DNA of 63,930 nucleotides, filler included, from Octopus bimaculoides (taxonomy: Eukaryota): the NCBI RefSeq assembly GCF_001194135.2. It is 3 parts of 3 records of this genome, joined end to end, with 100 filler letters (N's around TTAATTAATTAA, not from the genome) between each part and the next. Parts side by side here need not be neighbours in the genome. Positions count along the whole stretch, not along the records: positions 27,926 to 43,999 come from NC_068996.1; 2 more parts are not named here. The stretch is one strand, 5' to 3'. The notes beneath the pieces were generated by a model. It saw only the letters and a list, made by a program, of their open reading frames with translations, was not told the origin of the DNA and ran no database searches. Position numbers and translations under genes: made by a program. Below, piece after piece: positions 29,833 to 42,451 of the stretch (its first letter is position 1; each line of letters starts with the position of its first letter).

Positions 29833-30646
29833 GTATGTCTCACGCGGAACAAGTGTAATTGATAAGTAATTGATAAATCTTTGAATTACAAGTACAATGT
29901 AGAAAGAACGAGAGAGAAATCGATTCTAGAACCGATCGAACCATGGTCCCATCAACCCGATTTCTAAGTTTCTGTGGCATATATATATTCTTCCCCATAT
30001 CTGTACAGGACGCCGTTCCGTTTCAGGAATACTAATTTGTGCCAACTACATGAATTCAAGTATTTTGCTCTACAGCACATCGCATCACCCGGTCCAGGAA
30101 TCGAAGCCACAATCCTACGACCATGCGTTCAACATTCTAACTGCTAAGCCACGCACCTACACATATACAAACACAAACACGCTCACAAATATATAATGTA
30201 TGTATATTTAAATATATTATATGACTAAGAAAGTTCTTGGTAGAGTATTGGTTTCAAATTTTGACACAAGGCCAGAAATTTAGATTAAATGGTTAAGTGG
30301 ATAACATCGACCCCAGTATCAACTGATACTTATTTTGTCGAACCCGAAAGGATGAAAAGCAAAGTCGACCTCGGCGGAATTTGAACTCAGAGCGCAAAGA
30401 CAGACGAAATACCGCTAAGCATTTTGCCCAGTGTGCTAACGATCCTGCCATTTCGCTGCTATATATAGTAATAATAATAATAATAATTTTGGCACAGTGC
30501 CAACAATTTTTGAAGGAAGAGGTTCAATAGATATCATAGACCCAATTTCTTAACTGAGTGATACTTCATGTTATCGCACCTGGATGAATGAAAAACAAAA
30601 TTGACCTCTGCGAAGGTTTGAAATCAGAAAGTAAAGAACCGAAATA

Positions 30647-31165
30647 TACGACAGGGTGCTGAAAAGTTCCTGGCTTTAAAGGTATCACGAAAGGCTTGGT
30701 TGGAGGCCCAACCTTCCGAGTTCTTTTACAGGGCTTAGAAAAACTGTAGGACTGCGGTAATAAGTGTGTGAATAAGAAGGCGGCGAGTTGACAGAATCGT
30801 TAGCGCGCCGGGTGAAATGCTTAGCGGTATTTCGTCTGTCTTTACGTTCTGAGCTCAAATTCCGCCGAGGTCGACTTTGCCTTTCATCCTTTCGGGGTTG
30901 ATAAATTAAGTACCAGTTGCGTACTGGGGTCGATCTAATAGACTGGCTCCTCCCACAAAAATTTCGGGNNNNNNNNNNCTTTCGGGGTTGATAAATTAAG
31001 TACCAGTTGCGTACTGGGGTCGATCTAATAGACTGGCTCCTCCCACAAAAATTTCGGGCCTTGTGCCTAGAGTAGAAAAGAAGTGTGTGAATAAAAATCA
31101 TAATTAACTGATCCTCCTGTATTTTCTTTTGCCCAAAGCCAGGAACTTTCCAGCCTCCCCTCATA
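30647..31165. mobile_element. mariner-derived MITE interrupted by a family B SINE
   Basis: TIRs tacgacagggtgctgaaaagttcctggc / gccaggaactttccagcctcccctcata with TA ends. Confidence 0.75.
30776..31080 (+). mobile_element. SINE family B (Meta/MESC-like central domain) with a 14-bp target site duplication
   Basis: ggcggcgagttgacagaatcgttagc head; gtcgactttgcctttcatcctttcggggttgataaattaagtacc core; aagtgtgtgaataa at 30762-30775 and 31081-31094. Confidence 0.85.
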
Positions 31166-31889
31166 CAGCGATGGGGAAGTGTCCAACGCTCTAAGGATTC
31201 CGCCAATTTCTCGCCAATAGTAGGAAATCAAATCAAAAATACGAAAAGTATTGTTCCTTTGTATATTTGTATATGAGTATAAAATGTTTCTGAACTTACC
31301 TAAACAAATAGCGTAAAACGACTTATTTAAGTTAATCGATATTTCGTTGAATTTTTCTGAGAAAATTCGGAAATCTCCAGTCATTCATCTTGAAATGATG
31401 AAGGACAAATAAAACCTGTTTTGCTTTTGTTTCCTTTTTAAACCTATATACATGGGATTGCAGCTATGCTGGAGTACCACCTTTAATGTTTTAGTCGGAC
31501 CAATTAATCGCAGGAGTTTTTTTTTCTTTTCAAGTCTATAGACCACTCTTGCCGAACCGCTAAGTGACGGAAACGTAAAGAAACCAACACTGATTTTTAA
31601 ACGGTTGGAAGCCAAATATAAACACAATGATACATGCATACGGACATACATACATAAATACATATATACATACATGCATGTATGCATGAATCCATCCATC
31701 CATCCATCCATCCATCCATCCATCCATACATACATACATACTTATACACATACACAAACATATACACACATAGATAGATAGTTCAAATTTATAGAAAACA
31801 AAAGGCGAAGGCAGGTGAGGGAACAAGCAAATGGATTAGTTCGACGCTCTGGGATAATGGAAAAATCCATTTCTATATTTAAGAGATGA

Positions 31890-31988
31890 GGAATTATGTG
31901 GTGGTTAAGAGCGCAGGCTACTAACCCCAAGATTCCGAGTTCGATTCCAAGCAGTGATCTGAATAATAATAATGATAATAATAATAAC

Positions 31989-32065
<77 letters not shown>

Positions 32066-32135
32066 CAACATCGAAAAATACCTTAGGAACGAGGACCCAG
32101 GTTCGAAATTTCCCAAGACACCTGATGAAGGCTGG
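31890..32135 (+). mobile_element. tRNA-headed SINE-like element: Pol III head + (AAT)n + Penelope-like tail with hammerhead core
   Basis: A-box-like TGTGGTGGTTAAG at ~31897, B-box GAGTTCGATTCCA at ~31937-31949, long AAT run, then CTGATGA core. Confidence 0.55.
32117..32135 (+). ncRNA. 5' half of a canonical hammerhead core (GACAC-CUGAUGA-A-GGCUGG...), cut by an N gap
   Basis: CTGATGA at 32122-32128; the GAAA half is not visible because the gap starts at 32136. Confidence 0.45.
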
Positions 32136-33200
32136 NNNNNNNNNNNNNNNNNNNNNNNNNNNNNNNNNNNNNNNNNNNNNNNNNNNNNNNNNNNNNNNNN
32201 NNNNNNNNNNNNNNNNNNNNNNNNNNNNNNNNNNNNNNNNNNNNNNNNNNNNNNNNNNNNNNNNNNNNNNNNNNNNNNATATATATACATATATATATAT
32301 ACACATACACACTTACGTATATATGTATATAGATATGCATATACATACATATATATATATATATGTGTGTATATATATATATATATCTATGTGTATATAA
32401 GTATATATGTACATGTGTTAATGACTACATATATGTGTGTGTCACCTTATACTGTTTCTATTTTTTTAATCGATTTCGAAAAGAGAAAGGCAAACTTAAC
32501 ACCAGCGGGATCTGAACACAGAACAGAAATTCGGAACAAAAATACTTAATTTCTTGTCGTCGTCGTTGTTGTTGTTGTTGCTTTTGTTGTTACCATTACA
32601 GCCGCCGTTTTTATTGTTGATATTGGTGTAATTGTTTAGTCTCAGCTGAACTCTGATTCCGTTGTATTTTTCGACATAGTTAATCGACATTTTAAAAATA
32701 GTGAAGTAGGATGTAAGTGAGATTTAGCCGCAGTTTTCTGTGCTAACAAACGGAACGACCGTCTATTTAAATGATCGTGTCACAGTGACTGTTGTCAGTC
32801 GGCAATTTCCTCTATATCATTTAGACTTTATTACTTATCCTTATGACAATCGTGTAATTTCTGTTAAATCAATTGAGAGTAGTTGCTGGTTTCGTTGTGG
32901 GTAGGTTTGTTGTGAATATGTCATAAGAGGGGTTCGTCTTGTTTGGCAGTATATGACATGTCGGTAACGAATAAAATATATTTGCAGTCATGGCTAGTCA
33001 GAATACAATTGATGGACGTTCTTACAAATAAGATAAATTAAAAGAACAGTAGATGTTGTGGAAAGATTTTTAAAAAAATGTTCATGCAAGTGATATGTCA
33101 TAAAGAAGGGGGCGGCCAGTGAAAACTACGGTTACTATGACAACCGGAAGAGATGAATTTAGAAAAAGAAGAAAAAAAAAAGGTAGCGGAGTATAATATT

Positions 33201-33270
33201 CAGTCTGATGAAAAACTCGAGACAAGGTTTTCTATGAGTTATTGTTCAGAACGAAACGTGTAAAATGTCT
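33201..33270 (+). ncRNA. Decayed hammerhead-like motif with a long stem II
   Basis: CTGATGA at 33205-33211, GAAAC at 33253-33257 followed by GTGTA; intervening aactc...gagtt pairing; stem I weak. Confidence 0.35.
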
Positions 33271-33891
33271 AAACTCAGCTATATTGGTGAAGGGTTTCTG
33301 TTTTTTATTTTGTTCTTGCAGTTCTAGAATAGTCCATTAGGCGGCATAGAAAACATCACTCTAATAGTGTTTTCGATACCGAATGGATTAAAGACTAAGC
33401 CGACCTCCGCGGAATTTGATCTTAGAACGTGAAGACGGACGAAATGCCACGAAACATTTTTTCCGGCGTGCTAACGAGTCTGTCAGCTTACCGCCTTCAC
33501 ATTACTCTAATTAATAATGGTTTCAAATTTTAGCACAAGGCCAGCAAGTTCTGGGTAGGAGTAAGTCGTTTATATCAATCCCACTGCTTAATTGGTACTT
33601 ATTTTATCGACTCCGAAAGGATGACAGGTAAAGTCGACCACGGCAGAATTTGAACTCAGAAGGTAAACACGCGCGAAATGCAGCGAATCATTTTACCTGG
33701 CATGCTAACGATTCTGCCAGCTCGTCGCCATATCTAATTGAAGCGATAGATCGCAAATTTTGATACGGAAAGAAAGGGACATTCGATTAAATGAACCCCC
33801 GGATATCAAATGTGCCTGACTTATTGACTTTCTAACGTTAAAAAAGGTGGCGAAAATTTGGAACCAATAGAACGTCAGAGAGAATACTTAC

Positions 33892-33941
33892 CTGGCGGTA
33901 TTTGGTCCGGCTCTCTACATTCTGGGTCACTCTTCGTCCTT
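33892..33941 (-). CDS. Candidate minus-strand exon (phase 1 in, phase 0 out), xGRRVTQNVESRTKYRQ
   Basis: Acceptor ccttccttccttccctcactgcag| and consensus donor CAG|gtaagt; one open frame fits. Confidence 0.45.
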
Positions 33942-34209
33942 CTGCAGTGAGGGAAGGAAGGAAGGGACATATAAAACACAATTCATATACTAAAATTGAT
34001 TCTTCTCTCTCTCATTCTCTCTCTCTCTTTCTCTCTCTCCCCCTCTCTCTCTCTCTCATTCTCTCTATCTTGCCCCAGGAACATGGTTGTTGAGAAAAAC
34101 TCCCAACTTCAATTTCTCCAGATAGATCCGTGTTTGCATGTGCGTTTGTCGTAATTGTAATAGTCTCGGACACCAACCACATTGAGGTTGATCGACACTG
34201 CTTCAAAAG

Positions 34210-35110
34210 AATACAAGGCGGTTATAGGAGCAAATATTAATCAGGTGTTCTCGGGCCTGTAGATCGGCACCTGACGATGTAAGTTCAAGCCATCCTACAG
34301 CATTGTAGAGAGCTGGTCGCACAGATCGATGAAATAGCCCGGTCTTTGATCTGGCTTGGTTTGGTTTGGTCTAAACCTCCAGGTGGACAAGAACTGAAGA
34401 GGGGTTACGAGCATTGTGGCCGGTATTATGCAGAAGAAGCTATTTATGAAAGGCTGAGCGGAGGTGGCAAATGCCGACATCGCTCATGTCATCTACGAAC
34501 ATCTGATGTTCATGCATTGCTTCACTTCATGGATGACCAGAATAGAGCGTTTGCTCTTCCGCTTTTTGTGGAGAGCATGTGTTCCATTCTCCGTGAACAT
34601 CCGCTGCGTGAAGGACTGCGCTTGCTGAATCTAATGATGCCTAGACATGCCCTGGGACTGCAACATTTCCAGAGAACAGGTGTGGTTACCGTTTGTCAGA
34701 CATGTTTTTCTCTAGCTTGTTACTTTGGCAGTGTTATAGTCTGGAGTCAAGCGGAAACCGAAACAGGGTGCTCAGCAACTGATATAAAGCTATGGATACC
34801 TGGTGGGGCAATGTGGTTAGAGGATTTTTCACCATATCGTTTTGTTGGGGTCTTGTGGCGGGGAAAATGCGATTGCGTTCTTGGGCCAAGAGTAAAATCA
34901 ACTAACTGGTTTGTCGCGAATGACCAGGTATTTTGGATATTTTCGAGAGCCCCATGGACTGGCAGTGATACTGAGGAGGGAATATTAGTTCAAGATAAAC
35001 TTTATAAAAACGGAAGTTCCAGTAACGGAGGTAGTCGAAAATGCGCGCAGTACGAAACCGCTCTACATGCGCTTATGGGATTTATATCAAATACTTACTG
35101 TCTCGAGTAG
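34210..35110 (-). pseudogene. Decayed non-LTR retrotransposon fragment (the 254-aa + ORF is probably its antisense shadow)
   Basis: Minus-strand QMFVDD followed by KTGLFHRSVRPALYNAVGWLELT (RT thumb-like); many stops. Confidence 0.4.
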
Positions 35111-35285
35111 GACAAATCTAACAATTAGCTGAAATCTGTGAATATTGCCCCGCCGCCTTTAGTGGGGAAGGGCAGGCAGTGTTTATCTGTCTTGTGACTA
35201 CAGCGAAAGTGACTGTGTAGGGGAGGAGGCTGAAAAAGCTGAAGACATACTTTTTCCTAAAAAAAAAAGAGACCAGGAATACAGA

Positions 35286-35359
<74 letters not shown>

Positions 35360-35671
35360 GGGAAAGAAAGAATGAGAGGAATAAAGCAAGCAAGGAATAA
35401 ATGAATAAATGAATAAATAAATAAATAAATAAAGAAAGAAAGAAAGAAAAAGACATATCGAAAAGAAGACAACACTAAACCACCTTTTATATTATCTAAC
35501 GGAAATTCCATGCCAGTCACGTAGGAAATCACCATAAATCGTGTCTACTTGATGCCACAACGAAGAAAGTAAAAATTACAGTTATCAAAGTATCCTAATT
35601 ACTTTTTTTTCCCTTTAATAATTTCATACAAGATGTCTGCGCCATTATCTCCTAGCTCACAAGAGTGAAAG

Positions 35672-35985
35672 CTGGTGGCTTTGTGGTTAGAGTATTCGAT
35701 TCACGATCGTAAGATCTTGAGTTCGATTCCCAGCGGTGTATTGTGTTATTGGGCAAAACACTTTATTTTATATTGCTCCCAGTCCAGCCAGCTGATAAAA
35801 ATGAGTAGTACCTGTAATTCAATGGGGGGCAGCCTTGTCACCCTCTGTGTCACGCTGAATCTCCCCGAGGACTACGTTAAGGGTATCTGTGGAATACTCA
35901 ACCACTTGCACGTTAATTTCATGATCTGGTTGTTCCGTTCATCGAATCAACTGAAGCCTTCATCGTCTTAACCGACGGAGTGCCA
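35672..35985 (+). mobile_element. CORE-SINE family C (another copy at ~41612-41915, minus)
   Basis: A/B boxes, CORE-like gggcaaaacactttattt...ccagctgataaaaatgagta, tail ...aaccgacggagtgcca. Confidence 0.75.
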
Positions 35986-36127
35986 ATTTCTTTTTGTTTT
36001 TGCGATGTAGAACTTTATATATTACATCCGTTTCACTTCGCTGAGGATGTGCTGGCTGTTGTTCCTGTATCACTCTAGTGCTTTGTCTGTTATGATGTAG
36101 ATCATATGCAATGTCATTCACCTTGTG

Positions 36128-36503
36128 GAGGCGCAAATGGCCCAGTGGTTAGGGCAGCGGACTCGCGGTCATAGGATCGCGGTTTCGATTCCCAGACCGG
36201 GCGTTGTGAGTGTTTATTGAGCGAAAACACCTAAAGCTCCAAGAGGCTCCGACAGGGGATGGTGGTGAACCCTGCTGTACTCTCTCACCACAATTTTCTC
36301 TCAATCTTTCTTCCTGTTTCTGTACCTGTATTTCAAACGGTCAGCCTTGTCACACTCTGTGTCACGCTGAATATCCCCGAGAACTACGTTAAGGGTACAC
36401 GTGTCTGTGGAGTGCTCAGCCACTTGCACGTTAATTTCACGAGCAGGCTGTTCCGTTGATCGGATCAACTGGAACCCTCGTCGTCGTAACCGACGGAGTA
36501 CCA
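36128..36503 (+). mobile_element. tRNA-SINE family C' (same 3' tail as family C, different middle)
   Basis: Head GGCCCAGTGGTTAGG...GGTTTCGATTCCC; the tail from cagccttgtcac onward is shared with 35672-35985. Confidence 0.8.
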
Positions 36504-36541
36504 ACATTCACCTTATTGTGCTGAATGATATGTATATAGAC

Positions 36542-36799
36542 CATTGGTTCTCAACCATTTTTTCACCCATGGGCGCCTTTGATTCCTGTTTTATTCGGGT
36601 AGACTCTCTTAAACATTCGATGGTTAAAAAATTCTATTATATTCTTATAATTAAATATCATTAGAAACTGTATAAGAAGACACTTTGAAAGTATTTTGTA
36701 TATTGCAGAAGCATAACAAATTTATTGCACGAAATTTTAGTTACAAAATCTTATGTGAACGCCCTAGCGGCCATGTGGACTCCGTTTTCGAACCACTTG
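36542..36799. mobile_element. hAT (Charlie-like) MITE
   Basis: Imperfect TIRs cattggttctcaac / ttcgaaccacttg; flanks atatagac and tatagatt resemble a TAGA-centred TSD. Confidence 0.55.
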
Positions 36800-37361
36800 T
36801 ATAGATTATGTGTTATGCGGTTTGAATTATTATGTTTCTAATTGGAAATTGCATTGTATATAAGTTGTTATATGAATTGCTGACAACTTATAGGATGTAT
36901 TACAATGTCTGACATCAATTTGGCATGAGGATATAATAGGCGCATGCGTGGCTGTTTAATAAGAAGCTTGCTTCCCAACCACATGACTCTGGGTTTCAAT
37001 CCCACTGAGTGTCATCTTGAGAAAATATCTTCTACTACAGCTTCAGGCAGATCAAAGCCCTGTGAGTAGATTTCATTGATTAAAGCTTTGTGAGTGGATT
37101 TGAAACTGAAAGAGACCTATGTCCTGAAGAAGAGGTCAATTCCGAAAAAAAAAAAATACTGCAACTTTGTTTTGCCTTCTTTTCTTTTTGCTGTTTACTT
37201 TGTACCTTCTCACATTGTTCCGGCTTTACACAACAGATCTCTTTAAACACACACACATACACACATGTATATATATATATATACGTATGCATGCAGGCAG
37301 GCATGTATGAATTTATCGAACTTTCTCTTTTACAATTCCAATCCATTTTATTTAAATATTC

Positions 37362-37543
37362 TCTTTTACTTGTTTCAGTCATTTGACTGCGGCCATGCTG
37401 GAGCACCGCCTTTAGTCGAGAAAATCGACCCTAGGATTTATTCTTTGGAAGCCTAGTACTTATTCTATCTGTCTATTTTGCCGAACCGCTAAGTTACGGG
37501 GACATAAATACACCAACATCGGTTGTCAAGCGATGTTGGGGGA

Positions 37544-37574
<31 letters not shown>

Positions 37575-37747
37575 CATATATACGACGGGCTTCTTTCAGT
37601 TTTCCATCTATCAAATCCACTCAAAAGGCTTTGGTCGGCCTGAGGCTATAGTAGAACACACTAGCCCAAGGTGCCACGCAGTGGGACTGAACCCGGAACC
37701 ATGTGGTTGGTAAGCAAGCTACTTACCACACAGCCACTTCTGCGCCT
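37362..37747 (-). mobile_element. SINE family A, full length
   Basis: Head-to-tail match to the other family A copies. Confidence 0.85.
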
Positions 37748-38094
37748 ATAAAAGTAATTTTCTTAAAACTTGACTACTTTAACATTTCATTCGTTCTTAA
37801 CGTTTTTTACGTCTTTTTCGTGATAGGATTGAAATGGCGGTGAATGTTTTTTGAACTTCAAGTCATCTGACGCGGCTGTCATCTACCGGAATTGGCAACT
37901 GACACGGATCATTCCCAGCTGCATTAACCGAGGCGCAGTGGAGCTAGAGATGAAGAGCGGATTTCCTAAATGATTGAAATCAAGAAACAAAAGTTGCCTT
38001 TCATATTTCCGAGGTCGATAAAATAAGTAACACTAAAGTACTAGCGGGGTGGATTATTGAAGAATCGATATTGCATTAGGGTAATAATTGCAGC

Positions 38095-38400
38095 GAAGGT
38101 ACATGACTCAGTGGTTAGAACGTCGGGCTCACAATCATAAGGTAGTGAGTTCGATTCCCAGACCGGACTGTGTGTTGTGTTCTTGAGCAAGATACTTCAT
38201 TTCTCATTGCTCCAGTTTCACTCAGCTGTAGAAATGAGTTATGATGTCACTGGTGTCAAGCTGCATCGGCCTTTGCCTTTTCCCTTGGTTAACATCGGTG
38301 GCGTGGAGAGGGGAGGCTGGTATGCATGAGCGACTGCTGGTCTTCCATAAACAACCTTGCTCGAACTGGTGCCTTTGTGGGGAACTTTTTAGACGTCTTT
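38095..38400 (+). mobile_element. CORE-SINE family D (another copy at ~4640-4975 minus; head fragments at ~26850-26970 and ~30055-30160 minus)
   Basis: Head gactcagtggttag...gagttcgattccc; CORE-like gttcttgagcaagatact...cagctgtagaaatgag; distinct tail. Confidence 0.75.
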
Positions 38401-38829
38401 GGATCCAAATTGTTCTGTAGTATACAGGTAACGTTGTTATTTTGTTGGCTGTTGATTCTGTAGAGCATGTTGTGTGTGAGTTGTTCCAATACATTGGTTG
38501 ATAAATGCGTAGACATTTATAGTAAGACGCGCACAAAATGTGCATTGTACGAACTGTGCAATTGAAGTGAAATTGTGAGCGGTGTCTGGAGGCAAGATTT
38601 GCACGCGACTATTAATTACTTCAACTCGAAGTATCAATGTGGTGTTGTCATAGTTAAGGCACGTGATCACTGGACGCGTCGAAACGGAGGTTATGCAATG
38701 GTGCTGGAGGGAAGAGGTGCTACATGGAGAAAACGCCACAACAAAGACATTGAAAAACCACGCTAAGTATGAGTTATTCGATTTAAGGTAGATAAATGTG
38801 GCTTTCTAGCAGGGTAAAGCGCCATTTGT

Positions 38830-39300
38830 TAACGGTAATAGAGAGCCAGAAATAATAAATTTTTGATAATACCTACATCAACGATCTACAATGGCTTCTA
38901 GCAGAAAATATGGGGCGTTGTGCAAAAATGATAAAAACAATTGAGTTAACTTTGAAGGAAGTTGCTTCTGAGAAGGTCAGCGCGCTTGGAATAGTTGACA
39001 TCTGCAACAGGCAGCGAACTGGAAACAAAATACATCGTTTCATGCAGATCGTATCTAAATAAAACATTCTGTAGGGAAATAGATAAGGATTGTACTTAAG
39101 GTTAAAACTTGCGTGGTGAGTGTGTTGTTCTACTCTGTCTCTGAATGCAGGGGTGGATGTCACACCAGGCGGTGAAACAGCTCGGTCGGGGTATCGACTC
39201 TTACCAAATTTAAAAATCATCGGCTACGCAAACTACGAATTTGTGATCTCTGCGCTTGACTAAGAGATGTTGCGCTGAATGGCTTGGCCGGTTAAATTGC
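38830..39300 (+). pseudogene. Decayed RTE-like LINE reverse transcriptase fragment
   Basis: Pieces WLLAENMGRCAKMIKTIELTLKEV and KTCVVSVLFYSVSEC resemble the post-YADD and thumb regions of RTE elements. Confidence 0.5.
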
Positions 39301-39593
39301 ATGTAGACGTAACAACCAGTGTGCTTAACTTCACCCTGAAAATGGACCGTTAGAAAGCTATACCTGAAAAGTCGTCGCAACGGTTAGGGAAGCCATATTT
39401 TTTCTTTTGAAATTTTCACTAACAAACTCTCTTGAGTCTCACTCGCACGGGCAATTTTTACTAGGTTCAATTTTTTTGTTTCTTTGTTTCTATAATTTTG
39501 CTGCTTATCGCCGTTATTTCAATTGTAAAGGACATCTATCTGTCTTTCCCTCTCTCTCTCTATCTTCCTTTCTTTCTATCTGCTTGTCTCTCA

Positions 39594-39626
<33 letters not shown>

Positions 39627-39652
39627 NNNNNNNNNNATCTGCTTGTCTCTCA

Positions 39653-39720
<68 letters not shown>

Positions 39721-40016
39721 CATATATGTGATTATATTATACATGGAGGTAGTCATATATTTATACACACGCACTTTAGACTGATAGATAGATAGATAGA
39801 ATGATAGATACATACATACATACACACACATATACACACACTCATAAATACATAAATACATACACAAACACCTGCGTATGATGAGTCAATGCTTTCTCTT
39901 CTATGAGATATATTTCTGCGTTACTAACGTATCTGTATATATATATATATACATATAGATACATGCATGCATACATACGTATATACACACGTACATACAC
40001 AGACGCGCACGCGCAA

Positions 40017-40055
<39 letters not shown>

Positions 40056-41192
40056 CATGTGTGTGTGTATTATGAGACTTTTATAAATCGGTCATTAAAC
40101 TGTTTGAATTCTGTCTCTTTCACTGTCAATCGCAATTCCCTTAAAAACAAACCTTGGTTGACCTATCTTTCATTTTATAGAGATTTTTCACCTTCTTTTT
40201 CTCCTCTCCTCCCTCCTCCCCCCCGTTCCTCCTCTTCCTCCTCCTCCTCCAACAACAACCGCAACAGAAACAACAACAACAACAGCACTTCACTGTCAGC
40301 CACTATCTGTTTGTAATAATGATTTTTATGCTGCGTCCATTCTTATCTCTTATGCTTCATTTCAAAGAATCGCTGCTCTGCTATATCACATCATTTTTAT
40401 CCAGAGTAACATGTGTTAAGACAACTTTTGGACAAACCCCCTGCTTCTCCGCACGTCACCCCTTTGCCAGTATGTCAAAAAAAGAAAAATCCCCTAAAAA
40501 TATATTGGATGCTTCCTGACATTGTAAATAACTCACAGATGTTGGCAAAACATATTAAATAAACACAAGTGCCTTTTACTCATGCCGGCTATAAACAGAT
40601 GTTACCGTTAGGCACAATGATATATACGTAAGGTGTAAACATTATTCCTGTTATTGTAACACTGCTCTCAAGTCGAAGACGCTGAGGAGTCAAAAAGATT
40701 TCCAAGAATTATATGTACATAGACGTACATGTACACTGATAAACACGCGCGCGCACACACACACTCGCACATGCGCACACACATACTCATACACACATGC
40801 ATACACACACATTTACGCATATAAATACGCACAAAGACATACACATACACACGCACACACACGCGCACACACATACTCACACACATGCATACACACACAT
40901 TTACGCATATAAATACGAACAAAGACATACACATACATAACACACACACACACACACACATACACACATATATATATATGTATATATATATACATACACA
41001 CACACACATTTACATATATAAATATGCACAAAAACATTCACATGCATACATGTGTACACACACACACACACGCATATATACGGAAATGTATGCATATATA
41101 CATATATACATCAATATATACTTGTATGCAAGCATATATATGTGTTAGTTTATGCGTGTTTGCGCTGTGTGTGTATGTGTGTGCGAGCGTGC

Positions 41193-41234
<42 letters not shown>

Positions 41235-41931
41235 GTGTATGTGTGTGTAATATACCGAATGGAAGATATAGTACTCAATACATGATTCAGTCTAATTTAT
41301 TCAGCTGATTCCATTCATACTTACGAACGCTTGTTCAGGCGATAGAATATTATATTGACGGGATTAACAACAAATTAAAATGTTCAAGATGGTACAAGAT
41401 AAATATTTGGCCACAAATTCCATACATGAAACCACTTCGCATTCCTCTCTTCACAGATATTGTTGAAACATTGTTAACAATATATTTCCATTGAAGAACA
41501 TGAGGTATAAAGTTTACGTGGAACCTATTGGTGTCTTGGAAATTACAGATATCGAGATGACCGCAGACCCATTCAAAATCTTATATACAAAACGCCCACA
41601 GACTGGCACCTCTTCGGTTATAATGTTGAGTGTTCCGATTGATCCATTCAATGGAACAGCCTACTTGTGAGTATAATGTACAAATGGCTGAGCGGTCAAT
41701 AGACACACCTATTCGTAACGTGGGTCTCAGGGAGAATCAGTGTGACATAGAATGTGAGAGGGTTGGCCCTTTGGAGTACATGTACAATTCATTTTTACGA
41801 GCTGAGTGATCTGCAGCAACATGAAATAAAGTGTCTTGCTCAAGATTACAACGTGCCGCCGGAAATCGAACTCACGACCTTACACACTTGAGCCGAATGT
41901 TCCTAGCCACTAACCCACTACGGTAAAAACA

Positions 41932-42143
41932 TACGAGGAGGTGGTGAAAAGTTCCTGGAATCGCGAAAGACCTGGTTGGAAGCCCAGCCTTCCGAGTTCT
42001 TTTACAGAGCTTAGCAAAACCGAAGGACTTCTGCAATAAGAGTGTGAACCTGAGAGAGGAATATGTTGAACAAAATTATAATCAATTGATCCTCCTGTAT
42101 TTTGTTTTATCCTAAGCCAGAGACCTTTCAGCATTCCCTCGTA
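41932..42143. mobile_element. mariner-derived MITE, uninterrupted copy
   Basis: Same TIRs; interior translates LQSLAKPKDFCNKSVNLREEYVE, resembling the mariner transposase C-terminus (KL..RW.KC....G.YVE). Confidence 0.75.
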
Positions 42144-42451
42144 TTGTGACAGGATCTGACACTTGTTTGAAGATACTGATTTTAATGATCATCATTCTGA
42201 ATAAAGCGGAAGAAGCATTGCTTCGTTGTTTGTACATGAGGAAATTCAAATTTTATTTACATTCTTATTTTGTATGCATTGCAACTTCAAATAGTCTACT
42301 AATGAAACACTTAACCTAAGGGTTAAGAACTGTAAAGTTTGATGACTTAAATTTATCAAGCAAAGCAATTTCCGACAATCATTTTATCAAGATAATGTGA
42401 TCTTCTAAGTAATCCCATTTAGTCGACTCGCATTTTCCTCTCTTCTCGCAG

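Noticed and set aside
30890-31070. ~80-bp direct duplication across a short N gap
   Set aside because: Unmerged contig overlap, not a real tandem repeat.
34346-35110. 254-aa + strand ORF, the longest non-repetitive ORF
   Set aside because: No recognisable motif; the opposite strand shows RT-like remnants, so it is probably a chance antisense ORF.
36128-36200. tRNA-like sequences (here and at other SINE heads)
   Set aside because: No closing acceptor stem, and each continues into a SINE body; not called as tRNA genes.
41457-41504. Segment with good acceptor and donor on +
   Set aside because: Stops in all three frames; at most non-coding.
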